49,706 nt of DNA, from contig JAHLWZ010000912.1 of NCBI GenBank assembly GCA_020536535.1, forward strand, positions 1-49,706. The letters are read 5' to 3'. Of the stretch, positions 1 to 12,399 are shown piece by piece. Both the position numbers and the translations under genes were made by a program. The stretch's first letter is position 1, and each line of letters begins with the position of its first letter. Below the pieces are notes generated by a model, which was not told where the DNA came from, searched no databases, and saw nothing but the letters and a program-made list of their open reading frames with translations. The DNA comes from Pelomyxa schiedti (Eukaryota; Protista; Evosea).

Positions 1-1500
1 TTTTTTTTTTTTTTCCCCATTGTCAATTGAATTGACATCATCCCCTTCGACATACTTCTTATTTCCTGTTGTTTTTTCAAGTGGGCGCTTGGACAGTCTT
101 TTGGAAGTGGCAACCTTTGAGCAGCAGTAAGGGTTTCTATGTTTGGTGGCTTGGTTGTGTGCCATGAATAAGCCCAGAAAGTGTTTTGGTGTAGGCTAAG
201 AACAAATTACTTGAAAGAGTTGGAGGTAACAGTTGGGCCTTTCTAACACATAGCTTTTCACTTTCTTCAATGACTCATTTTCTGTCACAATTTGTGCTGT
301 GCATGTGTTTGCACTTGATTCACAGCAACAACATGCAAGTTTTGTAATTATTTGTTGCTGTTGTTCTGGGTCACCTTTCACTTCATTCACCACTCAATTG
401 TAACCATTGCAGCACAAATCAACCCATTTTCCTGTTAAAATGATGATTTAAGCAACTCCTGCCCAAAGCTCCCTGAAAACAAGGTAAGTTTTGGTTGAAC
501 TGGTTTTTGAGTTGGTTGTATCCCCATAAGAAGGTTGAGCACTGTATTTCAGGACTTCCAAAGGTTTTTTCCCCTAATTCTATCATACAACTTGAGAAAG
601 AGCAGGCAAAAATTGTCTCAGAAAAAAAATATTCTTTTTTTTTATCAAGTCACTGAGTGACAGTGGTGGAGGGAGTTGGTAAAAAATTTCAAGGGTTGCC
701 CTGCAGGGTGCCAAGCAGTTGGAGCAGTTCCATCAATTGGGCACATCCACAAGTTTCTGGGTGTTTGTTAGGTGGTGTTTTTCATGCCTTGTTGCCAGTA
801 TTAATACTAGAAATACCTTCTGTCCTGGGCCTCTTTGGGTTGTTTGGTTGTTGGACAGGTTGAGTTTGGTAAGACAAGAAGCACACACAAAAAAAAACTT
901 ACTCTCAATGATATCACTCTCTGGTGGATCCAGGGTATCCAAGAGTACATAGGGACATCCAATGTATGATTCTGGTCCAGATATTACTACATATTGTGTC
1001 CAATCAGTATCATCAGGATCTGCCGGCTGGTGGAAATATTTTTGGAGGTGCTCTGGGAGGGAGCCTATCAATACCCAGTCCACAGAGGTGAAAATGGAGG
1101 CTCCTTAAATAGATGTCAATGCCTTGGCCTAAAACAAAGGAGAAGAAACAACCTCTTTTGTGAGTATTATACTGCCCAGCAAAGTATTCCTGGAATTTGC
1201 CTTCCAAGTGTGGGGACCTCATGGTTGTGAACTGGAACCGTGCTGAATGTGTGGTTGTTCAGTGGAAGTCACTTTGGAGTGGGAAGGATAACCTGTATTC
1301 TCATTACCACCTTGGTGCAGTGAATGAATATTTTTCAAAGGGAATTGGGGAATTACCTGGCAAACTCCTGGGACTTGGGGTAAAATGCCAAAACGACTGT
1401 TTTGTGCGGGGAGTCACAGTTTGAAAGTGGGGAAGTGTGGTGGGGGAATTCCCTTGTAATTTTTTTCCACAATCAATGTTCAGTGACATTTCTCAAGGTG
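1..1500 (-). pseudogene. Degenerate intron-containing hypothetical gene (unknown family)
   Basis: Exon-like minus-strand blocks (196-393, 733-1083) are bounded by GT..AG intron-like AT-rich segments. Reading 400-600 in frame with the 196-393 block hits in-frame stops. No recognisable domain. Confidence 0.3.
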
Positions 1501-2300
1501 TCGCCAACAACACTGACCAACCACACCCACCCACGCCATTAACCGTCATCGAACCACACGCTCCCGCACTCCAAGGCTGAGCAAAAACAAAATGATGAAA
1601 TTTTCTGAGGAAAACGGGAAGCACTGGCGTGAAAAAAAACACCAGCGTGTGCGAAAAAGCGCAGAGATTTTTGGTGAGTGTGTGGACGCACCAAAAGTGA
1701 AAAGTGCGTGGGCCTGGTTCTCCGCACTGGGGCCTCCAAGTTGGCGGGAAATCCGCAGCCCAGGCAGACGATGGGGCTGCCCGGGGAGCGTGTTTCCAGA
1801 ACACACAGGCTCCGTAGCCGAGAAAAACGACGCACAAAATCGAATGTTTGGTGTAAAAATCGGAGGCCGAAAACCCAATCACAAAAACCCGGCTGGGTTT
1901 CGTTCGTGTATGACCATGCTTTTGTTGTTGGAGGGAGAAAAACGGGGAGTGTGTGGCCTCGATCACGGTGGTGCGACAGCCTTGTTTGGGTGTCAGGACA
2001 AGTCCACCACTGTTCTGGGGTGTGACGTCTATTAAAATCACTGCAACACGACAGTGTGGGCAACACAGTGTTCACATGTGTTTCTTGTTGTCACTCAGGA
2101 GGAATTGATCAGCTACAAGTGTAGACAACATACTTTTTTAACAAGTGTTAGTAAGTGGAACAGTAGAAAGAAAATAAAAGTGGGGAGTGAAAACCTGTAT
2201 ATCACAGGAAAATAGGTGTGTCCCTTGATCGGGGAAAAAAAAAATTCGTGAAACAGGCAGTGGTACCATCAATTTGTAGCAGGCAAACGCAATCAAAAAT

Positions 2301-2582
2301 TCAGCGGGCCCCGACAGGGGCGTAGCGCCAGGCCGATGCGCGCCATGCCTTCGTTAGATCTAAATTTCGCGTGCAAGACGCCCGGAAATTGTCGAGCCAA
2401 GCGGGCCCCATCTTCGCCACGATTTCCTCGGCCCTTCTGGCCGCATGCTCGTCGAGGGGCATTACCTTGTCGCAGTTCCGCTCTCCCCAGCCGAAGAGCT
2501 CCTCTGGGAGACCCGACGTATCGTTCGGGTCGGCTTCGCGTCGCTTGAAGACGAGATACGCCCCTGCAGTTTTCTTCAACAT
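2301..2582 (-). CDS. Small intronless hypothetical protein (93 aa, MLKKTAGAYLVFKRRE...)
   Basis: GC-rich ORF with coding-like codon usage, ATG at 2582 and AT-rich flanks. No homology recognised. Confidence 0.45.
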   Translation of the reverse strand: MLKKTAGAYLVFKRREADPNDTSGLPEELFGWGERNCDKVMPLDEHAARRAEEIVAKMGPAWLDNFRASCTRNLDLTKAWRASAWRYAPVGAR

Positions 2583-2741
2583 CTTGGCGTGCTTTGGAAG
2601 CGTGGGTGCAGTGGCGTGCCGAGAGACACGGCTTGGTTCGAGCGGAAAAAATACAGCAAAGTCGCAGAAAAACAAAAATCAGGACCTCAGTCTGGCCAGT
2701 CATCCGCCGACCAGCAGACACCTGTGTGTTGTGGTTTTGGT

Positions 2742-3770
2742 ATGCCCAGTGGCGCCACGACGATGTGCATGGCGTGACACATCCCCGGTTACAACGAGCA
2801 CCACCTCGACGACGTCTTGTGTAAGACCAAACCACGACGACGACTGGTACTACTAGCACATCGAGTAGCAGCGGATCTGGTGACGGTGGCAGGGGCGGTT
2901 GTTGTCCGGCGGTTGGCGGGACCCATAAGTTGGCTGGCACCAAGAGAAAGCAGGTCGGCGCCTTTCCTGATGTTCCCACGGCTCAGTCTGTGAACCACAA
3001 CAAACTCATCACTGACATCCTGGAAGGTTTGTTTTTGCGTGGAGCATGATGATGGCGGGGTGGTGGTTTTGCAAGTGTTAATACTTATGGGTGACTCTTG
3101 CTTGGCAGAGGTGGCGATAAACGAGAAAAACAACGGACAAGTCCACAAATACACCCTCAACCAGTTCGTTTTGTATAATGCATCCCGTTTGTGCTATTTT
3201 AAATATAACCAGTTTTGATTTAATTTCTATAGGGTGCATAAGCATGGGGTGATCTTCGAAGAGTTCAATATTGTGTATCACAGTTCTCATAGATGAAAAT
3301 TTAGAATGACAGAATTTAATTTTATAAACACTATTCTGTTCAAAATCAGTAACAAATCTCTCAAGTCATAAATCGGGGAGAATTAATTAGTGCACTTGCT
3401 CCTTTGCACAAAATGGAAGTTGTTGGGAGCTAGTGTTTTACAACCTCATTCATTCAATTTAGTGACTAAAAACTTCACACAGTATGTCTTCTATGGAAAG
3501 ACTCCAGAGGCTTATGTCCAACATTGTAGAAAGCCTTGTGGAGGCAAACATTGTGGCTTTATGTAGTTCATACTCTTCAAAGGTGCTCATCCATATCGGA
3601 GAATTGAAATCGAGCTCTTTCCACTGTAATACCTGTGAGAGTTTCTCAGTCTGCTAACTGTGTTCCAAGTTATTGTGCCCTTCTACATTTCACTGGGAGT
3701 GGTGCTATTTTCCCTGTCGTTGCCATTTGTAATCAAGGCTTTTTCAACAAGTATACTAGCCACCACAGGT
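2742..3770 (+). pseudogene. DNA polymerase beta (family X) pseudogene
   Basis: Pol beta-like fragments in the correct order: NHNKLITDILE|EVAINEKNNGQVHKY (8-kDa domain start), HKMEVVGS, RLMSNIVESLVEANIV, HPYRRIEIELFPL*, YCALLHFTGSG, QGFFNKYT. Also frameshifts, an in-frame TAA and large internal deletions. Confidence 0.7.
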
Positions 3771-3912
3771 AAAAATCAAAAATATTCCAAGCACCCATAC
3801 TCATTGTGAAGTGCAATGGGTTGTTGTACAAGTTTTTTGAAGAAAAGAAAACATTTTTTTGCTTTTTTTATTTCACAATGTTAGTGGGGAAATTGTGCTG
3901 CGATAGTGGCAG

Positions 3913-6651
3913 TTAGCTGTGGTCACCCAGTGTGGGTTCGGAGATGGCGGACTCCCCAGGAGGAAGGAAACAGGACAGGTAGTAACTGTGGTGAACAACA
4001 CGGGCCCGTTTGAGCACAGAGTTCTTCACCCAGTGTGGCCCCTTGGGTATCTCCCCCTCAGGGGGTGGGAAATCCGCGTTGTAGTGCTGTGGAATACCGC
4101 GTTAATTGATTTCATCGATGTGAGAGGATACGCGGAAGGAGCCGGGAACACACAAGGCCAATGGATTCCTTGCGCTTGAGGGCACTGTCTATGATCATCT
4201 CGGCAATACTTGCCAAGTTCCTGAGCTCCACTAGGTCAGGGGTAATCCTGAAGTCCCAGTAGTACTGTTCGATCTCTTTGCGCAAAAGAACTATTCTGTT
4301 CTTTGCTCGGAGCAGCCTCTTTGTTGTCCGAAAGATTCCGACATAGTCCCACATGAAACGGCGTATCTCATCCCTTTCGTCGTAATTAATAAATTGGAAT
4401 TAGCAGGGAGGGGAAAGTTACCAGTTGTGGCTAATTACAACAGCTTCGTCAGAGTCGCAAGCAGGCCCGCTGGACCACTTGGGGATTAACTCCACCAGAT
4501 CTTTTGGTCCTGTAATGGGACCACACGAGAATATAGGCGGAGTAATAACAACTGGTGATGCGGTAAGTGTGTGTTGCACTGCCTCATGAGCCATCACGCA
4601 ACACTCCAATAAACTGTTGCTGGCAAGACGATTTGCACCTGTTCACATTCAATGGCAGTTAGAGATATCATCAAATGAATGAGACTTGATCGTGTACCAT
4701 GCAGTCCTAAAGAGCATAATAAATACTATAAAGAATGCATGTGGTACATTGCACACCAGTCGAAGAGCACTCTCCAAGGGCATACAAGTTCTTTACGTTC
4801 GTAACACCTGCTACTGTGGCTCGAATGCCCCCACAACAGTAGTGTGCAGCAGGAACAACGGGGATCAAGTCATGTGCCATGTTAATTCCAAACTGAAGGA
4901 GTTTGTTGAAGATGTTTGGGAATCTAAAAAGGTCAGCAAGCAGAAAATTGGTGTTGTTGTGTACCTTGCTCGAAGGAATTCTTCGGTATGACAACGGATA
5001 TCAAGATACACACAATCAGCACCTGTTCTTTTGAGTTCTTTATCTATTGCACGGGCAACAACATCGCGAGGGGCAAGGTCGGCCATTGGATGATACTGAA
5101 GGAAATGAACTTGAAGTCTTTACAAAAGGAAGGAGGTTACCTGTGACATGAATTCAACAAGGTCACCAGTTGCATTCCTAATTTTTAGTTTGGCATTTTC
5201 CCCACGGAGTGCTTCGCTAATCAAAAAGTTCTTTGCATGTGGATGGAACTTTTGGAGGATTAATAACCAAAAAAAAAAGCCTGGTGAGCCAACCAGGCAA
5301 GTGGGATGGAATTGATAGAATTCCATATTGTTAATCTCAGCATAGACACTTTTGCGGAATGAGAAGAAGAGGGTGAAACGGATAAAGCATACCGATATGC
5401 CATGGCAATGCCATCGCCTGACGCCACATCAGGATTGCTTGTGTATAAATATACCTGATAATGATGTTACCAACAACGCCTGGAAAGTGGTACCATCTCA
5501 CCTTTCCAGCGCCACCAGTTGCCAGGAATGTGTACTTGGAAAGGACGGTATGAACTTTATTTGTAAAACGTTCGAGAACATAAGCTCCAACGCATGCATT
5601 TTGGCCTGGCCAGCCGAACTTTTCTGTTGATATCAAGTCAACAGCCTATTGCAAAAAAATGAATTTCTCAGGGGTTGAAAATGATTGTTGCATACAATGT
5701 GATTTTGGAGAATCTTCAAGTTCTTTTTGCCGGTGCAGGCTTCAATCAAAGCTCTCATAACCTCTGTTATTGGTTACGTGCAAAGAAAAAAAAACCGTAG
5801 AAAATGGACTGTACCCTGGCCTGTGATATCACCAGCATGTAAAATCCGACGACGTGAGTGTCCACCTTCTTTCCCCAAGTCATATGAATCGGCAGATACT
5901 CCTGTAATCCCTTAAGACAGAAGGAGGAAAGAAATGGAATATATACCACACTCTGTATCTTCAACTTCACCCTGGCGTACTGCCTGTCTCTGTGTGAACT
6001 TGACGCCAAGTTTTATCAAGTCTTCAAGTCTAGCAGGAGCAGTACGTGCAATATGTTCCACTGCTTCTATATTGCAAAGCCCAGCACCAGCTCGCAGCTT
6101 ATTACGTCAACAAACATTACCCATAAATACATTTACAACGAGAGGGAAAACGGTTAGTTACCGTGTCATTCACGTGACTTTCAACAGTATCAGTTGGTAG
6201 AGTGACACAGGCAATTCCACCCTGAGCGTGCATTGTATTGCAGTCTTGTAACGTCTTTTTAGTAATGCAAATTACATCACCGTGCTCAGAAGCCTTTACT
6301 GCAGCAAGTAACCCTTTAACAAAGTCAGTCCACAAGATATAAAGCCAAGAGTGGAAGAAGGGAAGGAAAAAAAAAAAAAAGCAAGTTGCAGTGCGAAACC
6401 GAAACTAAAGAGGTACCAGCAAGGCCAGAGCCTATCACGAGATAGTCGCAGGTGAAAGTTTCACCAACCAAAGGATCGGGTGTGCTGCCCGTCGCGCTCG
6501 TCGAAGTAGAAGTAGACGTGGCAGTGGACGACGACGCCGAGGTGGTTATGGGAAGCGCCTCCAAGTGAATGGCAGACATAGACTTGGTCGGGGGCTCGGG
6601 CTCGGAGGTAGCAACCGGAGGGGACGGCGACCGGCGGATTTCCGTTGACAT
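3913..6651 (-). CDS. nadB: L-aspartate oxidase (de novo NAD biosynthesis), multi-exon
   Basis: Motifs [105 protein letters not shown]. Ser/Thr-rich N-terminal extension. Stop TAA at 3913-3915. Confidence 0.92.
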
Positions 6652-6823
6652 TATAGGTTACCTGCTTTTTTTGAACGGGGATGAGATTGATTGACTTGCT
6701 GGGACGAAAATTCCCTCTGTAACCAACTTGGTTGTCTATGATTAAGTTTTTCATTGAAGGAGCTATTTTCACGCGGCGGGAAAAGAAGAGAACAACGGGT
6801 GTGTGTCCAATAGTATTATATGA

Positions 6824-7706
6824 CTAGCCCCACTGGGGGGATTTCTTTTCGGGTTTGTGGAACCAACCTTTTAGGATGAACAGCTGTACCCAGGTGGCAA
6901 CAACCATTACGCAACATATTGCACTGCTGTACCAGTTGATGCGAGATAGGGTACTCTCTGTGGCTAGGGTTCTTTGTTAGTGTAGTTTGGTGGTGTTTTA
7001 GCTTGGTACTTTTCTGGTGTCTCGTTTCTCTTGTTTTAAATACCTCCTGAGATTCAGATATGCTGTGGAGTGATTCCTCTATGGTTTCGATGGAGGAACC
7101 AATCACTACAATTGAAGTTAGTAAAAGAATTACTGTAACAATATTGTGCACTTAGATCCATCGGGTCGGCCCTTTCAAGTGCACCTTCCATCGAAACTTC
7201 AAATTGCACGACATGGGGTGTCATGCGAGAGTGTCTATTATCAAAGCATATCTTTTTGTTGTTTTGCAAGCTTTTCAGTGAGGAGCAACGAAAAAGAGGC
7301 AGTGAAGTTACCCTATAAAACCCAGCCTCAATGGAACTCAAACTCTCAGAGGCAGTTTCCATCTCAAATCGTCGCCGGATAACAGGTTTCTCATCAGTCC
7401 CATAAATCTGTGCTCACTTCACCACCTCAAAAAGTAGAAGCAAAGGAAAGCCAAAGAAAAAAAAAACCCAGAAAGAAGTGCTGGTAACACTAACACCCAA
7501 ACATAACATACGTCCACGTAAACGTCAGGTGCAGTCCAAGATATGAGAACAGTTACTTCCACTGGCACGAAAAACTCCATGCACTCCTCCATCCTCGCCG
7601 GAACCTCGAAAGTCAGGCCCGACACCCCAGGCCCAAACGTGGGCACTACTACGACAAACAATGCACAACACGCCACGACGCACGCCCATCGTCTCCCGCC
7701 GCGCAT
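6824..7706 (-). CDS. p24/emp24/TMED GOLD-domain cargo receptor
   Basis: Signal peptide, then LTFEVPARMEECM (GOLD start), FYRVCFDNRHS, coiled coil SIETIEESLHSISESQEVFKTRETRH, and a C-terminal TM RINWYSSAICCVMVVATWVQLFILKGWF with short basic tail. Confidence 0.85.
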
Positions 7707-7896
7707 CTCCGGTTTATTTGATTGGAATGAAGGCAAATCTCGCCTGTCACCGCAGCAGTGACACGCCGGGGAATTAATGTGTCTCTGGGATGTTTCGTCT
7801 CTTTCCGTAGGAGCAGGGGCACTCCTTTCCCCTTCATTGGTCCTCTGATTCCGGGAATGTCCTCGAGAATCGAAAAACGGACAACTTGTCGCTACA

Positions 7897-10471
7897 ATGT
7901 CGGGGTCCTACGAAAGAACGACGCACAAGCGCCTGTGCCCAACGCCGGACCAAGTCGACTGGGCCCTGTCCCACGTCCTCGGTGGCGTGCCCCTCTACGA
8001 GCTGGTGGAGGAGGAAGCTCCCCTCTTCCGCGTCTTCTCCGGGGCCGTGGCCTGCCTCCGCCCGTCGGACCCCGGTCCCGCCGCCGCCGCCGCCGTCGCC
8101 GTTGTCCCCGAGGTGGTCCCGCCTGCTGCCTCGGCGGCGTCCTGGGACGTGGGGAGGCTTGGGGCGCTGGAGGAGCGTGTGGTGGACTCGGTCTTTGCCG
8201 TGGCGACGCGCGAGTGCAGGGTGCTGTATACTTATAAATCGTTTCTGGTCGATCTGATGCTGGGCCTGTTGCGGCTATTGGGGGCTCCGAACCGCGATGA
8301 GGGCGCGGCAGAGAATGTGGGAGGTACTTATGGGAACCGCGATACTGGCTCCACGGCAAGATTCAGTACTAGTGCTAATTCTGGTTCTAGTTCCAGTGGA
8401 TTATAATAGTTATGAGAATACTATTGCGATTGCTAATTTGAATGCTACAGAAGTGGGAAGTACACCCAATTCGATACTGTCAAAATTGCTAAGAATACCG
8501 CCTGCATTTTTTGCGAAGAATATGGACAAACTGCAGGAGATATTTATGGGCCCATATCCACCAGAATGGAAGTCATTCCTATGCCAAGCTCTAGTTGATT
8601 CAGTCTCAAGTCGTACTGCAGCTCTTGCACCCAAAATGTACACCAGTAGGTTGTCCTCTTCATGGTCTCAAGGCATTGAATCAATCAAAATATTGCAGCA
8701 ACTTTTATGGAATGAATCCTTCAGGTTGCTTGTATGTCCCCTGGAGAGCCGCCTCATGGAAATCATCACTGTAGGATTGAACCTCTGTTCGCAGGGTAAG
8801 TTGATTCCAAACGTAGTGGAGCTATACACATCTTTACTGCATGCTAGTGTGGAACTCCCACTGGCTACAAGGAAGGCAACTGAGTTAGTGCTCTTCCATC
8901 TTTCTACTATTTCAACATCAAATTACTCCGTCTTGTATGCTCTCAAGCATTGGCAGACCCTCAGTGACATTAAATATGCAGAAGACGTTACTCCACAGTT
9001 GCTAGAAGCGATTCTAACCAGAATGCCTTACCTCAACTGGTGGAGCGAGACTTATAGCTGCAATTTTGCCTTGATAGAGTGTATAGTGTGCATTCTCCAC
9101 GGTTTTTTGGAGGTCAAGCCCTCAATTCATTCAACGCTTGCCCTCTTCACTGAATCGAACCTCTCCTCTGATTCTCCAGTGAGGAAGGCATCAGCAGTAG
9201 TTTCTCTGGCTGCCCTTTCTTTAACCTGCTGTAAGTTCTCCAGTCATTTGGCCGAAAAAAGTATTCTGTTGTCTTTTTCAGGAGACAAAGGCCTTCAAAT
9301 ACTTGGGTCTTCTCTCTTTTCTATTCACAATATTCTCCAAAATATTGACGGCTTTATCCCTGCTGAGGAGTTGTTCCACAAAGCCATCGGCAGTGTACAA
9401 AACGAAACTTCTTTCTTACCTGCATTGAGTATAATGAGGAATATGATCAAACTTCCGCTGGGACAGCAGTGTATGGGAGATTTTTCCTCGTTTTTATCTG
9501 TTCTCCTAGAACACTCTCTTCTACCTACCATAGTTGATTTGCATTCGACTATTCCTGATTGGTCTACTCTACTCACTGAAAAGGAACTGCACCGAGCTGG
9601 AAAGACCTTCAAAATTAAATCAAAACATTATCCACTGGTGCAGGATAAAGTGAGTGAGATAATTGTTGATATTATAGGGGTTGTAATACTGCATATTGAA
9701 GACAGGCAGGATCTACTTCTATTAAAGCTTTGTGAACTCCTGAGAAGAAACCCAGATCCAAGTATCCCAGCTATAGTTAGGTACTTCTCTTCAATGAAGA
9801 AAGACGCGTCACTACTGAGGCTTTTCATTTCTCCCGATATGGAGGAGAATACCCTTAAATGTGCCGTTGAAATGAACTCTGCTGCTATTGTAGAGCACAT
9901 TCTCAAAAATCCGCAATGCCCAATAAATTTCGACGCCCATCTCAGTCTAGCCTGCGGTTTACCCAACACACTTACCTGTGCAAAGGTTCTACTCCAAATG
10001 GGTGCTAATTCAAACATGTCAGAAAAAGGAGTTACACTAATCGAATCGCTAGTGGGCAGTACAGTTGATGACCACTTTTCAGCAATTTCGCTCCTTTTGG
10101 AATTTGGTGCGCTTGTGGATAGCGCTATACTGGAAAAGGCTATCAGGAGTGGGAAGAGGAGGGTAGCAGACCTGCTGTGGTGCCACGGAGTACAAATTAC
10201 GCACCAGTTTTCAAGTGGTTTTCCGCAGCTTTCTTACATGTTATATGCACCAATGTGGTCACCATCACACCACCAGCTTTTCTCCCACAAGTTCAAGAAC
10301 ATCCTCAAAATAATTCTGCTTTGCTGGTACCGGAATGCCACAACATTCCATTCCTCCCAATTACATCAAAGAAATACCTTTGCTGAGTGTATTCATCCTA
10401 TTGGGAGACTGGCTTCCAATGAGATACACCACGTGATTGGCTTTCTGTCTCCTGTGGACTTTGCTTGTTGA
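7897..10471 (+). CDS. Hypothetical protein (~835 aa) with C-terminal ankyrin-like repeats
   Basis: Exon 7897-8323, then GT-AG intron 8324-8390, splices in frame to a 2.08-kb exon. Ankyrin-like segments LKCAVEMNSAAIVEHIL, LSLACG..CAKVLLQMGAN, LEKAIRSGKRRVADLL. Confidence 0.75.
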
Positions 10472-10830
10472 CCTCTTGTCTCGAGTTTGAGCAATCACTG
10501 CAAAAAGCACTGAGAGTGTTCTGTTTATTATCGGCTTCAACAATGGTATCACGAAAAATACGAGTGGCAATGGGCTCCTATCGAAAATAAATGCTTGTTT
10601 ACCATCCACATAGGCAGTATTACTGTGCTGTTCCCTCATGCCCCCAGGCACCACACGGCAAATAGAAGGCCATTCTAATCCCCACTTCTATTTTTCGTCC
10701 TTTCCTCAAACTTAATTTTTTCTCAAGAGGCGTTATCCTAAAAAAATTAAAACCCCACCGCAGACACCAAAATAAACCAGGAGGATTAAACCAACATAAA
10801 ACAACAAAAAAAACCGGGAGGTAACTTACG

Positions 10831-12231
10831 ATGCAGGCGCCACCGGCAGTGTGCACGTTTTTCCGGACGTTGTTAAAGAGGGCTGTTCCGCAGCCGTTGT
10901 GGGGGTACTACGTCGACAGGGAGGAGCCATTCCCGTCGCATTACTTTGAGTACGCTTTCTTTTTGTACCGCGACGGCACATGCAAAGTTGTAGAGTGCGA
11001 TGCTATGGTAAGGAAATTACTTCCCCCTTTTTTCCCCCTCGTTGCAAGGTTTTTGTATTTTTCCCTTATGGTACAAAGAACCCCGCAAGCGTCTCTCGTG
11101 TTCAACACTTTGGCATCTACACCATCAATGCTAATCTGGAGGTTTCCTTCCATCAACAATTCAACCTGCATTTGACACTAGGATTTGTAGGTAAAAACTG
11201 AAACAGGTGTCTACTCAAGGGTACTGACATCGGCCCCAGAACCGGACATGAGTAACCCCCTTTTTACTTTTCCCCCTCTACTCCAGCACTGGACTTAATG
11301 CACTTAGACACTTTCCGTATTTTGTCTGAAACGGAATTGAAGACAATGGAACCAGTGAAGTTCCGTATCGTGAAGCCTACTCGCCTGAAGCGCACAGGTG
11401 ACACACCCGAACCCTATTGGCCTGTTGAATTGGGTATCCCAAGGAGCGAACCCGTTGTGGCCCCACCTAAACCTGAACGCATCCGCAACCTTCCCCGTAT
11501 GAGGGCTGAGAGCGCATGCCTTCTGTGTGGTGTAGGTGATGGCAGTGACCCCTCACACGAGCATCTTTGTCAAACATGCTGGAATAGTGTTCGTCTCCCC
11601 CAAAAGCACACCACCGCTGCCCCTCCCACTCAAACAGAAATGCTCAAGACTGGGAGGTGGCCGTGGTTCCCTCTCAACTTGCCTGCTGACGCAGACAAAC
11701 TCGTTACAGTACCTAGGTGGGCTCTTAAGAACGGTAGGGTTTCCTAATCCTCTAAGCCGGGCTTACCTTTTCTATTAGGCGATGCATTTGCCATTGATGT
11801 CGTGCCTGGCGATCACCCAGTCCGTATTGCCATTGGAAATCAACCAGTGGACCTGGCTGTTTTTGAAATTGTTGTCGAAGCGGCCAAAGTTGTATCCCCA
11901 GTGAAAGCCATCTCTTAATTTACCCTGCATAAGATTGTTCTCAAAACAGTGCCTACACCTCTCGTCGAAGACAATCAATCAGCGAACTACATCTACCAAC
12001 ACGAAGAGAACATGATTGTCATCCAAGTATGCAGTTTTATTTAAAAAAGCAAATGACACTCACAAATACTCAAAGACCTGGAAAGACAAGACTTCCGTTT
12101 TCGTCAATGGGAAGAAAGTCTATGTGTTCAACAACAGCTCAATCTCTCTCACAGATTGCAAACACATTTACTTCCAGGGAGAGTCTGGAGTTATTTCTCG
12201 CGTTGTTTACAACACCTATAGCCACTCTTAG
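10831..12231 (+). CDS. Hypothetical multi-exon protein with a CxxC...HxCxxC zinc-binding motif
   Basis: ORF pieces join through GT-AG introns (e.g. KNG|DAFAID, EAAK|IVLK, VIQ|TWKDK). Motif CLLC...HLCQTC. Stop TAG at 12229-12231. Confidence 0.6.
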
Positions 12232-12399
12232 ACACCAATACAATACCAGTAGCAAAAACACATTTCATTGAAACCAAAAAAATAAAAAGAAAACCAGTTC
12301 ACACTAAAAATTTCTATTTTCGAATAGTGTATTTGAAAACCCTCACCGCTTTTAGTGGTTGGGAGTAGAATTACAGTCCGCCCTAGGAACTTGGCTGGC

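Noticed and set aside
1197-1300. Similarity of CVVVQWKSLW to MWVVEWKSGL (~44090-44125, minus strand)
   Set aside because: Too short, and I could not extend the alignment, so likely chance.
1493-2075. Five overlapping ORFs on both strands
   Set aside because: No motifs or coherent codon bias. Probably GC-rich non-coding or repeat DNA, and I found no TIR partner in the window.
7758-8359. Arg/Pro/Gly-rich alternative-frame and antisense ORFs
   Set aside because: Shadows of the GC-rich first exon of the 7897 gene. The same applies at 13.8-14.3 kb, 15.7-16.3 kb, 26.1-26.6 kb and 36.5-37.3 kb.
8297-8390. ORF-track start of the 724-aa ORF
   Set aside because: 8324-8390 is a GT-AG intron with a gctaat branch site, so the gene more plausibly starts at 7897.
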